A stretch of DNA of 64,000 bases from Vulcanimicrobiota bacterium (GCA_963812155.1 CAWETW010000002.1:256001-320000); one strand, 5' to 3'; positions 45,381-57,438 are shown, numbered from the stretch's first letter. Notes: generated from the sequence alone by a model not told the origin. Numbers and translations are program-made.

Positions 45381-46343
45381 ATGGCAGACGCGTCCAAAAA
45401 AATCGGCATTCTGTTCGGCATGGAAGACACGTTTCCGTGGGCGCTCATGCACGCGATTACGACGCTCTCCGAGGGCGAGTTCGAAGGCTGTCCGGTCAGC
45501 GTCTCCTACCTCAGCGACCGCCAACAGTTCGACTACGCCGCCATCCTCGACCGCATCAGCCACGACGTCAAGTTTTATCGCGTTTATCTCAAGTGTGCGG
45601 CCGCCGCGGGCACGGCCGTCATCAACAATCCGTTCTGGTCCTGTGCCGACGACAAATTCTTCAACAACGTCGTCGCCGACGCCGCGGGCGTCGCGGTACC
45701 GAGGACGGTACTGCTTCCGCCCAAGCAACACCCGCCCGGAACGCAGGCCAAGTCGTTTCGCAACATGCGCTTCGTCGAATGGGACGATGTCTTCGCTTAT
45801 CTCGGCTTTCCCATTTTCATGAAACCCGCCGACGGCGGCGGCTGGCGCGACGTACACAAATGCGATTCGCCCGAAGCGTTCTTTACGGCGTACGACGGCT
45901 CGCGCGATCTCTGCATGATGGCACAAGAAGCGATAACCTTCACCGAATACTACCGGCTCTACGTCTTGGGCCGCGAGCACGTACTGATCATGGCGTACGA
46001 TCCGGGTGCGCCCCATCACGAGCGGTACGTGCGCGATGCGCCGCCGATCGAGCCGGCTCTCGAAGCGCGCATGCGCCGCGACGGCATCGCACTCTGCGAG
46101 GCCCTCGGCTACGACATGAATACGGTCGAGTTTGCGGTACGCGACGGCGTCCCGTACGCCATCGACTTCATGAATCCGGCACCCGACGCCGATCGCGACT
46201 CGGTCGGCGAAGAGAACTTTGCGTGGGTGGTCGATACGATGGCGCGCGTGCTGATCGAACGAGCGCGCCGCCCGCGTCCGCTCGAGACGACGGGGGCGTG
46301 GCCATCACTGCTCGCGCGCGAAACGGTGCCGGCCGCCCGATGA
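45381..46343 (+). CDS. ATP-grasp ligase (RimK/glutathione-synthetase-like)
   Basis: LDRISH, INNPFW..DDKFF, VPRT, FMKP.DGGGW, QEAI, NTVEFA..DG.PYAIDFMNP; GGAGGGAG SD. Confidence 0.88.
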   Translation: MADASKKIGILFGMEDTFPWALMHAITTLSEGEFEGCPVSVSYLSDRQQFDYAAILDRISHDVKFYRVYLKCAAAAGTAVINNPFWSCADDKFFNNVVADAAGVAVPRTVLLPPKQHPPGTQAKSFRNMRFVEWDDVFAYLGFPIFMKPADGGGWRDVHKCDSPEAFFTAYDGSRDLCMMAQEAITFTEYYRLYVLGREHVLIMAYDPGAPHHERYVRDAPPIEPALEARMRRDGIALCEALGYDMNTVEFAVRDGVPYAIDFMNPAPDADRDSVGEENFAWVVDTMARVLIERARRPRPLETTGAWPSLLARETVPAAR

Positions 46344-47464
46344 TGCAAAGCGGCGTCACGCCCTCGTTCACGCTGGGAATCGAGGAAGAGTTCCAAGTCA
46401 TCGATCCGGAAACGCGCGAACTGCGCTCGCACTTGCAAGAAGAAATATTCGCTCAGGGCGAGCTGCGGCTGCACGATCAGATCAAGCGCGAGATGCACCA
46501 GCCGATGATTGAGGTCGGTACCGACATCTGCAAGAACGTTCAAGAGGCGCGCGCCGAGGTGACGCGTCTCCGCAGCGAGATCGTGAGCATCGTGCGCAAG
46601 AATGGGCTTCGCCTGGCGGCCGCCGGAACCCATCCATTCACGCACTGGTCGAGCGTACCGATCACGGATAGCGAACGCTACGCACGCTTGATCTACGATT
46701 TCCAAATGGTCGCGCGCGCCAATCTCATCTTCGGCTTGCACGTCCACGTGGCCGTTGAAGATCCGGATACCCGGATTCATCTCATGAATGCGACGCGTTA
46801 CTTTCTTCCTCACATCTTTGCGCTCTCGGTGAACTCGCCGTTCTGGTGCGGCACGAATACGGGCTGGAAGAGTTACCGCGCCAAGGTGTTCGAACGCTTT
46901 CCGCGCACCGGGATTCCCGACTACTTCGGTTCGGCTGCGGAACTCGACGAGTTCGTGCGCACGCTCGTCGTCACGGGTTGTATCGACGACGGCAAGAAGA
47001 TTTGGTGGGACGTCCGGCCGCATCCCTACTTTCCGACGCTCGAGTACCGGATCTGCGACGTGCCGATGCGCGTCGACGAAACGATTTGCCTGGCAGCCCT
47101 CTTCCAGGCCGTTACCTACAAATTGTGGCGCCTGTACAGCCGCAATCAAGGGTGGCGCCTCTATCGCCGGTCGCTCATCGCCGAAAATAAGCAGCGCGCC
47201 GCGCGTTGGGGTATCGACGGCAAGCTCATCGATTTGGGCAAACGCGTCGAACTTCCGACCGAATCTCTGCTCAACGAACTGCTCGAGTTCATCGACGACG
47301 TCGTCGACGAGCTCGGATCCCGCAACGAGGTCGATTACGTGCACGAGATCCTGCGGCGGCGGACCGGCGCCGACCGGCAACTCAAAGTCTTCGAAGAGAC
47401 CGGAAGCCTGCCTGCGGTGGTGGACTACATCATCGCCGAGACCGAACACGGGCTCGCCTCGTGA
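46340..47464 (+). CDS. Carboxylate-amine ligase, YbdK/GCS2 family
   Basis: FTLGIEEEFQ, AAGTHPF, FGLHVHV, NSPFW, PRTG.P, WWDVRP..FPTLEYRICD and ENK.RAARWG. Confidence 0.92.
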   Translation: MMQSGVTPSFTLGIEEEFQVIDPETRELRSHLQEEIFAQGELRLHDQIKREMHQPMIEVGTDICKNVQEARAEVTRLRSEIVSIVRKNGLRLAAAGTHPFTHWSSVPITDSERYARLIYDFQMVARANLIFGLHVHVAVEDPDTRIHLMNATRYFLPHIFALSVNSPFWCGTNTGWKSYRAKVFERFPRTGIPDYFGSAAELDEFVRTLVVTGCIDDGKKIWWDVRPHPYFPTLEYRICDVPMRVDETICLAALFQAVTYKLWRLYSRNQGWRLYRRSLIAENKQRAARWGIDGKLIDLGKRVELPTESLLNELLEFIDDVVDELGSRNEVDYVHEILRRRTGADRQLKVFEETGSLPAVVDYIIAETEHGLAS

Positions 47465-48474
47465 GCGCTCGTTTCGCATTCGTTCGTCCCGAGTCGCGCG
47501 CGGCAGTGCCGAAGCCGAGCCCCGGGTTCGTGGACGTGCACGTGCTCGACATGAATCACGCATGGCATAACGCCGGTCACGATTCGATCGTTTGGCTGGT
47601 GCGCAGGCTGGCGAAAGACGACGAGACGCGTCTCGCACGCGCCGGTCTCACGGTACGCTTGATTTCTTACGACGTGCGTCGCCGCACGCTCGTGCCGGAC
47701 CAGCCGCAGGGCGTCGCGCTGTACGTCGGAACGGGTGGCCCCGGGCATCTCGACCCGCGCTTGAATCTGCGCGACGACGTTGATGCCGGGGAGATTCTCG
47801 AATCGGACGCGTGGGAGGCACCGCTCTTCGAGTTCTTCGACTCCGTGAAGCGTGACGATAACGCCATGTTCTACGGCGTCTGCCATTCGTTCGGATTGCT
47901 TTGCCGTTGGTCGGGCGTTGCGCGGCCGTCGCGCCGGACCTCGGAAAAGGGCGGCCCGAGCATCGGTATCGTCGAAAACGTTTTGACGCCGCAAGCGCTC
48001 GCGCATCCGTGGTTCGCGCAGTTGGCCGGCCGCCTTCCCGATGGGCGGCGTCTACCGATCGTCGACTCGCGCCACTACGATTTGATGCCGGAAGGCGACG
48101 CGTTTCCGCCTGGCGTCACGCCGATCGCTTACGAATCCGCCGAAGACGGCGCCGCGCTGACGATGTGCGAGTTTGCGCGCAAGGTGGACGGCATGCCGCG
48201 CATGTTCGCCGTGAACCACCATCCGGAAATCGCGGATGCGGCCGAACTCGGCGCGCTGCTAAAACACAAACTCGATTCGGGCGAAGTCTCACGCGAATGG
48301 TACGAGAGCCGTGCGGGACTGATCGGCGCGCTACAGGAGCGCAGCGACCGCGAAGAGCTGCGCCTGTTGGCGGCGGGATACTCGTTCGGATTCTTGCTGC
48401 GCGACGGCCTTCGCGAAGCGATCGACGCGGCGACGGGATCACGCCGTGGATCCACGATTTCGACCGCTCTTTAA
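47461..48474 (+). CDS. Class I glutamine amidotransferase-like protein
   Basis: VLDMN, TGGPG, GVCHSFG (nucleophilic Cys) and HPE. Confidence 0.78.
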   Translation: MSARFAFVRPESRAAVPKPSPGFVDVHVLDMNHAWHNAGHDSIVWLVRRLAKDDETRLARAGLTVRLISYDVRRRTLVPDQPQGVALYVGTGGPGHLDPRLNLRDDVDAGEILESDAWEAPLFEFFDSVKRDDNAMFYGVCHSFGLLCRWSGVARPSRRTSEKGGPSIGIVENVLTPQALAHPWFAQLAGRLPDGRRLPIVDSRHYDLMPEGDAFPPGVTPIAYESAEDGAALTMCEFARKVDGMPRMFAVNHHPEIADAAELGALLKHKLDSGEVSREWYESRAGLIGALQERSDREELRLLAAGYSFGFLLRDGLREAIDAATGSRRGSTISTAL

Positions 48475-49669
48475 CGCCGGATATTCCGGCGAGCTGTACC
48501 GGCGTTACCTCGCCGACTTCGCGCGCCGCTGCGGCACGGCGATCGACATGCAAATCGCGGAGACGCCGGTCTTCCTGCCGCCGGATCTGCGCAAACGCGC
48601 CGAGTCGGCGGGAGCGGCGATCCTCGCGCAACTCTGCGATCCCGCGCGCATCGCCCGGCTGCGCTCCGCCGTGCCGGCGCGCTGGAACGCGCCGAACGAA
48701 ACGCCGCTTCCCACATTCTGCGCGATCGACTTCGCCGTAACGCTCGACGGCGCGGGGCAACTGCAACCCAAACTAATCGAACTGCAAGGCTTTCCGACGC
48801 TCATCGCTTACGAAACAATGCAGCACGACGCGTGGGCCGCCGCCCTGCAATCGATTCCCGGGCTCGATTTGCCGTGGACGTCATGGTTCTCGGGCTTGAC
48901 GCGGGACGCGTTCCTCGCGCTCGCGCGCCGAACGATTCTCGGCAGTTGCGATCCCGAGCACGTCATCCTCATGGACCTCGATCCACCCGCGCAGAAAACG
49001 TATCCCGACTTTACGGCGTCGCACCGTCTCTTCGGCATCGAAGCGGTCTGTCCGACGCAACTGGTCAAACGCGGCCGCCGCCTCTACCGGCGCGACGCCG
49101 GGGGCCGTGACATTCGCGTGCAGCGTATTTACAATCGCGCGATCGCCGACGAACTCGAGCGCAAGGCGGTGATGCTTCCGTTCGATTTTCGAGACGACCT
49201 CGACGTAGAATGGACGCCGCATCCGAACTGGTTCTGGATTTGGTCGAAGTATGCGCTTCCGCTGCTCGATCATCCATCGGTGCCGCGCGCGCGCTTTCTC
49301 TCCGAGGTCAAAACGCTGCCCGACGATCTCGGTGAACGCTACGTGCTCAAGCCGCTCTTCTCGTTCGCGGGTGCCGGCGTCAACGTCGCGCCCACCGCGG
49401 CCGCCGTCGCGGCGATTGCGCCCGAGCAACGCGGTGCGTGGTGCTTACAGGAGAAGATCGAGTATGCTTCGGTTCTGGTGGCCGCCGATGGTGGCCGCGT
49501 GAAAGTCGAACTGCGCCTTATTTATCTACGCCCCGACGACGAGCCGCAGTTTACGCTCGCGCAGAATCTCTGCCGCCTTTCACGCGGCGCGATGATGGGC
49601 GTCGATCACAATAAAGCGCACACGTGGGTCGGCTCGTCAATCGGCATGTGGCCCTTTGCATCACCCTGA
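48446..49669 (+). CDS. Circularly permuted ATP-grasp / glutathionylspermidine-synthase-like ligase
   Basis: AETPVF, IDF....PKLIELQGFP, RIYNR, HPNWF..SK, VLKPLFSFAG.GV, LQEKI.Y and RLSRG.MMGV. Confidence 0.72.
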   Translation: MDPRFRPLFNAGYSGELYRRYLADFARRCGTAIDMQIAETPVFLPPDLRKRAESAGAAILAQLCDPARIARLRSAVPARWNAPNETPLPTFCAIDFAVTLDGAGQLQPKLIELQGFPTLIAYETMQHDAWAAALQSIPGLDLPWTSWFSGLTRDAFLALARRTILGSCDPEHVILMDLDPPAQKTYPDFTASHRLFGIEAVCPTQLVKRGRRLYRRDAGGRDIRVQRIYNRAIADELERKAVMLPFDFRDDLDVEWTPHPNWFWIWSKYALPLLDHPSVPRARFLSEVKTLPDDLGERYVLKPLFSFAGAGVNVAPTAAAVAAIAPEQRGAWCLQEKIEYASVLVAADGGRVKVELRLIYLRPDDEPQFTLAQNLCRLSRGAMMGVDHNKAHTWVGSSIGMWPFASP

Positions 49670-49685
49670 CGCGGCGCCCAATCTG

Positions 49686-49733
49686 TGTCATCCTGAGCGC
49701 AGTGCGAACGCAGTTCGCGCGGAGTCGAAGGAC
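49686..49733. repeat. REP-like element TGTCATCCTGAGCG...GTCGAAGGA
   Basis: Imperfect hairpin TCCT..GTGCGAAC-GCA-GTTCGCGC..AGGA at a convergent gene junction. Confidence 0.65.
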
Positions 49734-50872
49734 GAAAGACGTTCGCTGGCGGCTGCGACGCCGCTGCCGGGAACGATGCGCGCGCCCAATTCGGCGAGCG
49801 CGAGCTCGATCGCCCCGATCGCGCCAAGGAGATCGCCTTCGCGCACGTCGCCCATCGTTCCGAAGCGAATGATTTTTCCGGAGAACGCGCCTTGGCCGCC
49901 GGCGAGTACCACGCCGTAGCGATCGTGAAGATGCTTTAGCAGCGCGGCAGGCGCCACGCCTTCGGGCGGATAGGCCGCCACGACGGTAACGGAGTGAGCG
50001 CCGGGACGCGAAAGGATCGTAAACCCGAGCGATTCCAAAGCCGCGCGCACCGCGGCCGCGTACCGTTCGTAGCGCGCCCACGCCGCTTCCATGCCGCCGG
50101 CATGGTAGCGCTCGAGCGCGACGTCGAGGGCCGCGAGGATCGGTATCGGCGGGGTCCACGGCGTTTCTCCGTTACGCATCGAATCGCGTGCGCGACGGAG
50201 GTCGAAGTAGAAGCGCGGAATCCGTGCGCGTTCCATTGCATTCCACGCGCGTTCGCTCGCCGCGACCATCGCGACCCCGGGCGGCGCGGCGAATGCCTTT
50301 TGTGATGCGGTCACGACGACGTCGTAGCCCCAATCGTCCATGCGAAACTCGGCGGCGCCTAAGCCGCTGATCGAATCCACCAGCGTGAGCGCGCCGTGCC
50401 GCCGCACGATCGGCGCCAGCGCCGCCATGTCGTTTTGAACGCCGGTCGACGTTTCGTTGTGGGTGAGCAGAATGCCGGAGATTTTGCGCTCGCGATCGGC
50501 CTCGAGGCGCGCGGCCAGCGCATCCGGCTGGAGTGCCGCACCCGGTTCGACGTCGAGCGATTCGACTTCGCAGCCGTACGTGCGCGCGATCGTGGCGAAG
50601 CGTTCGCCGAACGCGCCGAGCGAACACGAGAGTAACCGGTCGCCGGGAGAGAAGCAGTTTGCCACCGCCGCGTCGAGGCCGCCCGTGCCTGACGAACCCA
50701 ACACCAGGACGCCGCCGGCCGTACCGAATGCCGGCTGCATCGCGCCCACCACGCGTTCGAGTAACTCGCCGAAGGCGGCGTCGCGATGGTTGAACAGCGG
50801 ACGTGCCATCGCTTCGAGTACGGGCTGTGAAACCGTCACCGGACCGGGGAGAAGCAGCAGCGACCTCTTCAT
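49688..50872 (-). CDS. Class V PLP aminotransferase (alanine-glyoxylate/serine-pyruvate type)
   Basis: LLPGPV, SSGTGG, HNETSTG, VDSIS, ASQKAF..PPG and GGQG....IIRFG.MG. Confidence 0.92.
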   Translation of the reverse strand: MKRSLLLLPGPVTVSQPVLEAMARPLFNHRDAAFGELLERVVGAMQPAFGTAGGVLVLGSSGTGGLDAAVANCFSPGDRLLSCSLGAFGERFATIARTYGCEVESLDVEPGAALQPDALAARLEADRERKISGILLTHNETSTGVQNDMAALAPIVRRHGALTLVDSISGLGAAEFRMDDWGYDVVVTASQKAFAAPPGVAMVAASERAWNAMERARIPRFYFDLRRARDSMRNGETPWTPPIPILAALDVALERYHAGGMEAAWARYERYAAAVRAALESLGFTILSRPGAHSVTVVAAYPPEGVAPAALLKHLHDRYGVVLAGGQGAFSGKIIRFGTMGDVREGDLLGAIGAIELALAELGARIVPGSGVAAASERLSSFDSARTAFALRSG

Positions 50873-50978
50873 GGGCACCCCTTCGATTGCACCCCGGACG
50901 CATCCGCCCGAAGCGCTACGGTCGCTTCAGGCCGGGCCCGCTCGTAGCCTCGCGACGCTGTTCCTACAACCGGCCGCA

Positions 50979-50987
50979 TGGTATAAT
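50979..50987 (+). promoter_or_regulatory. Consensus extended -10 promoter element
   Basis: TGGTATAAT ~60 nt upstream of ORF 51049. Confidence 0.6.
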
Positions 50988-51048
50988 TCTCGACGCAAAG
51001 CGCCGGCGTTGGAACGCGCCGTGACCTTGTGGGCGAGGTACAGCGGCT

Positions 51049-51675
51049 ATGATTCAAGACAATCCTAACGAGATGCAAAGCTCACTCGATATATGGACGA
51101 AGATCTTCGCCATCACTCGAGATGTGGTGTTCATTGCTGCAATCTATCTTTATTTCACCGGCGTCAACTACCGCTATAGCTATTACGATCACTTTGGGTT
51201 AAGGAATCTGATTTCGGATCCGACGCCGTTCAGCGCATTCGTCCTCTCATACGGTGTGATCGCGTCGCATTGGATGGTTATCGCTGCAGTAGCGATTCTC
51301 TTTTTGGCGGTTCTCGCTGCGGCAAGAGGCAATGCGCCTCGCGTTCAGCGGCGAGTGTCCGGCATCATTGCGATAGCAACCGCCCTCGCATTGTTCCCTA
51401 TACTAAACGTGTACGCTTCGCAAAAAGCCGATGCCGATGCGTCTCGCGACGAAATAGCAGCTTCCAACGGCAAAGATACACGGCTTACCATCGCTGCGGG
51501 TGCGAGTGCCAAATACAGCCAGTTTTTTCTAAATGCAGCCGCGGGTTACGACGTCCACATCCTGACGCGTGACGACAAGAATACCTACGTTTTATGGCAA
51601 ACGGACCCAAGCCGTGGGGAGGTTTATGCGATTCCGAACAACGCAATCATGTACGGGGAAACGGTCGAACACTGA
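51049..51675 (+). CDS. Hypothetical membrane protein (~3 TM), lower GC
   Basis: 208-aa ORF with GAGG SD and hydrophobic segments; no family recognised. Confidence 0.65.
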   Translation: MIQDNPNEMQSSLDIWTKIFAITRDVVFIAAIYLYFTGVNYRYSYYDHFGLRNLISDPTPFSAFVLSYGVIASHWMVIAAVAILFLAVLAAARGNAPRVQRRVSGIIAIATALALFPILNVYASQKADADASRDEIAASNGKDTRLTIAAGASAKYSQFFLNAAAGYDVHILTRDDKNTYVLWQTDPSRGEVYAIPNNAIMYGETVEH

Positions 51676-51676
51676 C

Positions 51677-51961
51677 GTGAGACTGTGCCGGAACCTCCTT
51701 ATCGTTCTCGTCGCGTTTGCGGCAATCGCGATCCCGGCACTTGGAGTGTGTTCGAGCCCACAACTCTACGTCGTCCAAACGGCGAAAGGCCCGCTTTTCG
51801 GCTACGAGAACGATGGATATTTCGTGCCGTGCCCCGGAAGCGGATCGCGAATACTGCTAACCGACGCCATGTTTAAGCAGCAGAAACCCTCACCCGTCCC
51901 GGGAAACTGCACTACCCCGTCGCCGCCGCCGACCCCGCACTCACCGGCGGACGTCCGATAG
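51677..51961 (+). CDS. Small secreted hypothetical protein with Cys residues and a Pro-rich tail
   Basis: GTG start, signal-like LLIVLVAFAAIAIPALG; fills the gap between the flanking genes. Confidence 0.5.
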   Translation: MRLCRNLLIVLVAFAAIAIPALGVCSSPQLYVVQTAKGPLFGYENDGYFVPCPGSGSRILLTDAMFKQQKPSPVPGNCTTPSPPPTPHSPADVR

Positions 51962-53356
51962 ATGAGGCGCCTCCTACACAGTGGAATCGCCGTCGTTGCT
52001 TTAGCGCTCCTTGCCTCTTGTTTTAGCAATGCGGAGCCGGCCGGCGGCGTTGAGCCGAGCTTGGCTGGGCACGTTCAATCCGCGATGCCCTCGCGCGATG
52101 CCGTTCACAAGGGAACGGCCACTATTAACCACATCGTGGTCATCGTCCAAGAAAACCGGACCTTCGACAATCTCTTCGCGACGTTCCCCAAAGCCAACGG
52201 CACGACGCAAGGCACGATGCATACCGGCCAAGTGATTCCATTGACGAAGGGGCCGCTCGTATCGGAGGACATCAACCACAACTACGATACGTATTTGACC
52301 GACTGCGATTTGCAAGGCGGCAAATGCAAGATGGATGGTTTTGATCTGTCATACATTGATGGGCAGCGCATCAAGGCTAATAAATATCCCTACCGCTACG
52401 TCGACCCGTCCCAAATTACGCCGTATTGGACGCTGGCGCAGCAGTACGTGCTCGCCGACAATTTCTTTCAAACCCAAGGCAGCGGGAGTTTCATCGCGCA
52501 TCAGGATCTCATAGCCGGCGGTACCGCAATCAATTCGACCGAGAGTCTCGCCGACGATCCTTCCGGCCCACCGTGGGGCTGCAACGCACCGCCCAGCGTC
52601 GTAACGTCGCTCATTACTATTCAGGGACAATTCTTAAAGAATCAAGGGCCGTCCCCGTGCCTGACGTATCCGACCGGCACGCTGCGCGATCTGCTCGACA
52701 AACATCACGTCACGTGGAAATATTATACGCCGCCGTATCAGAAAAATACGATCGGCGTAATGTGGAGTGCATTCGCTGCGATCGACGCCGTTTACAACGG
52801 CCCCGAGTGGAAAACGAACATTTCAATGCCGGAGACAAATGTGCTCACTGACGTCACGAGCGGGAAGCTGCCGATGCTGTCGTGGGTGATTCCCAGTTCG
52901 CACGATTCCGATCATCCGTGGTCGGCGCACGGCGCCGACAATGGCCCCTCGTGGGTTGCATCCGTCGTCAACACAATCGGGCAAAGCAAATACTGGGACT
53001 CGACAGCCATCATCATCCTATGGGACGATTGGGGCGGATTTTACGATCACGTTCCGCCCGCGTTTTTCGACGACGCCGGCGGCCTCGGTTTTCGAGTTCC
53101 AGTGTTGATCGTTTCACCATACGTCAAGGCCGGCAGCATCGCGCACACGCAGTACGAGTTCGGCAGTATTCTTAAATTTATCGAAGGACGCTTCAATCTC
53201 GGTTCCCTGGGCACGACCGATAAGCGCGCCGTTTCCATCGGTGGCATCTTCAACCTCAACCAGAAGCCGATTCCATTCCAGCCGATTCCCTCGGCCCATT
53301 CGCGCGAGTACTTCTTGCACCAGCCTCCCGACTACGAACCGGTCGACACCGAGTAG
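51962..53356 (+). CDS. Phosphoesterase/phospholipase C family lipoprotein
   Basis: Lipobox LASC, IVQENRTFDNLF, SDHP, WDDWGGFYDHV and GFRVP..VSPY. Confidence 0.88.
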   Translation: MRRLLHSGIAVVALALLASCFSNAEPAGGVEPSLAGHVQSAMPSRDAVHKGTATINHIVVIVQENRTFDNLFATFPKANGTTQGTMHTGQVIPLTKGPLVSEDINHNYDTYLTDCDLQGGKCKMDGFDLSYIDGQRIKANKYPYRYVDPSQITPYWTLAQQYVLADNFFQTQGSGSFIAHQDLIAGGTAINSTESLADDPSGPPWGCNAPPSVVTSLITIQGQFLKNQGPSPCLTYPTGTLRDLLDKHHVTWKYYTPPYQKNTIGVMWSAFAAIDAVYNGPEWKTNISMPETNVLTDVTSGKLPMLSWVIPSSHDSDHPWSAHGADNGPSWVASVVNTIGQSKYWDSTAIIILWDDWGGFYDHVPPAFFDDAGGLGFRVPVLIVSPYVKAGSIAHTQYEFGSILKFIEGRFNLGSLGTTDKRAVSIGGIFNLNQKPIPFQPIPSAHSREYFLHQPPDYEPVDTE

Positions 53357-53433
53357 GCGACACGAGCGCTCAGCAACCGGTAATCAGGGGATCGTTGCGT
53401 GGTCTGAGCGATTGTGCACTTCCAGAGTCTGGT

Positions 53434-55902
<2,469 letters not shown>

Positions 55903-55907
55903 GGTCG

Positions 55908-56297
55908 TTAGACGTGGGTCCTCTTTACGAGTATGTGAAGTTCGGTGCGAGATGGACGGCGATAAGCGGTGACCGCGATCGGCAGCGCGACGATGAGCAG
56001 GCCGTCGATGTAGTCGGCGGCAGCGCCCTCGTATTCCACTGCAACCGGGAGCGCGATGCGACGGGCAAAATCGCCCGACGCAATCTCCTTTTGCACGAAC
56101 GAGCCGTGGCGTAAACGCACCGCCTCGCGCCGCCGGCCCCGGACGTAGAGGTACTGCTCGTCGAAACCGACGCGCAGCGACTCCGGGTCGGCGCCGGCGA
56201 CGTCGACCACGGCCACCACCTGGCGGCCATCGTCGTCGACGAAGACGTCGGCGTTGGGCTCGAACGCTCCGAGCCGCCCTCGCAAAAGAAACTCCAT
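55908..56297 (-). CDS. Hsp20/alpha-crystallin small heat-shock protein
   Basis: PNADV, EI..G.F.RRI.LP and A.Y.DGLL.V.LP. Confidence 0.88.
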   Translation of the reverse strand: MEFLLRGRLGAFEPNADVFVDDDGRQVVAVVDVAGADPESLRVGFDEQYLYVRGRRREAVRLRHGSFVQKEIASGDFARRIALPVAVEYEGAAADYIDGLLIVALPIAVTAYRRPSRTELHILVKRTHV

Positions 56298-56318
56298 TCT
56301 CTGCCTAGACCCCTGATT

Positions 56319-56345
56319 TTAGCACTCGGATGCGACGGGTGCTAG
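56319..56345. promoter_or_regulatory. CIRCE element (HrcA operator)
   Basis: TTAGCACTC-N9-GGGTGCTAG versus consensus TTAGCACTC-N9-GAGTGCTAA. It overlaps the minus-strand extended -10 TGCTAAAAT upstream of hsp20. Confidence 0.85.
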
Positions 56346-56364
56346 AGGACCTCGAATAGTGCCC

Positions 56365-56890
56365 CTACATGCTTGGGTCGGGGAGCGGCCGGCCAGGCGG
56401 CCAAGCGACGCACGGAACGATCTGAAATTCTCAGCGTACTGAGCATCGTGGGCGGTATCTGTACCTGAAAGAACTGCTGGTACTTAGTCGCCACGCCGTG
56501 ATTCATTTGCGGCGGAAACTTCGAGACGTTCTGGCCCGGAATGTGGGTGAACGACAGCACCTGATTGATTTGCTCGGCCGCCGCCGACGACATGTAGGGC
56601 GCCGCCCGCTGGCCGAGCCACGACGAACCGTCGCCGAGCGTGTACAGATAACCGATCGTCTCACGGGGCATCAGCGACGCCGTCGACTCGATTTTGTCGA
56701 TGCGAACGACCTGCATGTTCCGGATGACCGGAGGCTGGAGCACGTGCGGCACCGGACGCGGCGAATCGAGACACGCACCGGTATCCAGGGGTTGCTGCAT
56801 CGGCGGAACAACCGGAGCCATGGGCATCGCGGTTTGGACCGGCTGCACCTGCGCGATCGTGAGGGCTGAGAGAACGATGGCTTCAAGCAT
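56365..56890 (-). CDS. Hypothetical secreted protein (probable +1 frameshift ~56426)
   Basis: MLEAIVLSALTIAQ start. Removing one T gives the tail RIQIVPCVAWPPGRPLPDPSM* at 56365, which avoids running into the CIRCE region. Confidence 0.55.
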
Positions 56891-57425
56891 GTCTGGGGTT
56901 ATTCGCAACGCGCCGCTGCAACTCCGCGTTGCGGCCTCGCTTTTTGCGGCGCTCGCCGTCGCACCGTCGTGCGCCGGCGCTGCGACGATTTTGCCGAACG
57001 GAACGTACGTCTACGAAATCGCCGAGAACGGCAAAGGCGAAGCGACGAGCACGGTCGTGGTCACGCGCACTCCCGGCGAGATCGTCGTCACCGAGCATTC
57101 GTCGCCGATGGAGGCCGGCGAAATCACTCGGCGCAGCTACGACGCCGCCACGCTTGCGGCGCTCACGTTTGACAACGCGGTCGGCGGCCACGCCTATACG
57201 ACGGTCAACGTCGACGGCACGACTGCGGTGCTGGTACAGGGCGGCCGAAAGACGACGCTTACCGCGCCGGCGGGCGACGCCCGGATCCAGGTGAGACTCG
57301 ACGAGAAGCCGGCGACGCTGTGGTACGATCCCGTGAGTTACGTGCTCGACGAGTTCGACGTTCCCGCGCAGCGGATGTCGTTCGTCCTCGCCAAGCGCAG
57401 CGACGCCGTCACATCACTGCCGTAA
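56889..57425 (+). CDS. Hypothetical secreted beta-rich protein (start uncertain)
   Basis: Signal-like AASLFAALAVAPSCAGA, LPNGTYVY and LWYDP. Confidence 0.6.
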   Translation: MSGVIRNAPLQLRVAASLFAALAVAPSCAGAATILPNGTYVYEIAENGKGEATSTVVVTRTPGEIVVTEHSSPMEAGEITRRSYDAATLAALTFDNAVGGHAYTTVNVDGTTAVLVQGGRKTTLTAPAGDARIQVRLDEKPATLWYDPVSYVLDEFDVPAQRMSFVLAKRSDAVTSLP

Positions 57426-57438
57426 GGAAATCGAAGGA

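Noticed and set aside
53357..53433. CGCTCAG/CTGAGCG inverted repeat between the convergent phosphoesterase and lon genes
   Set aside because: It has short arms, a long irregular interior and no U-tract, so it cannot be called a terminator or repeat.
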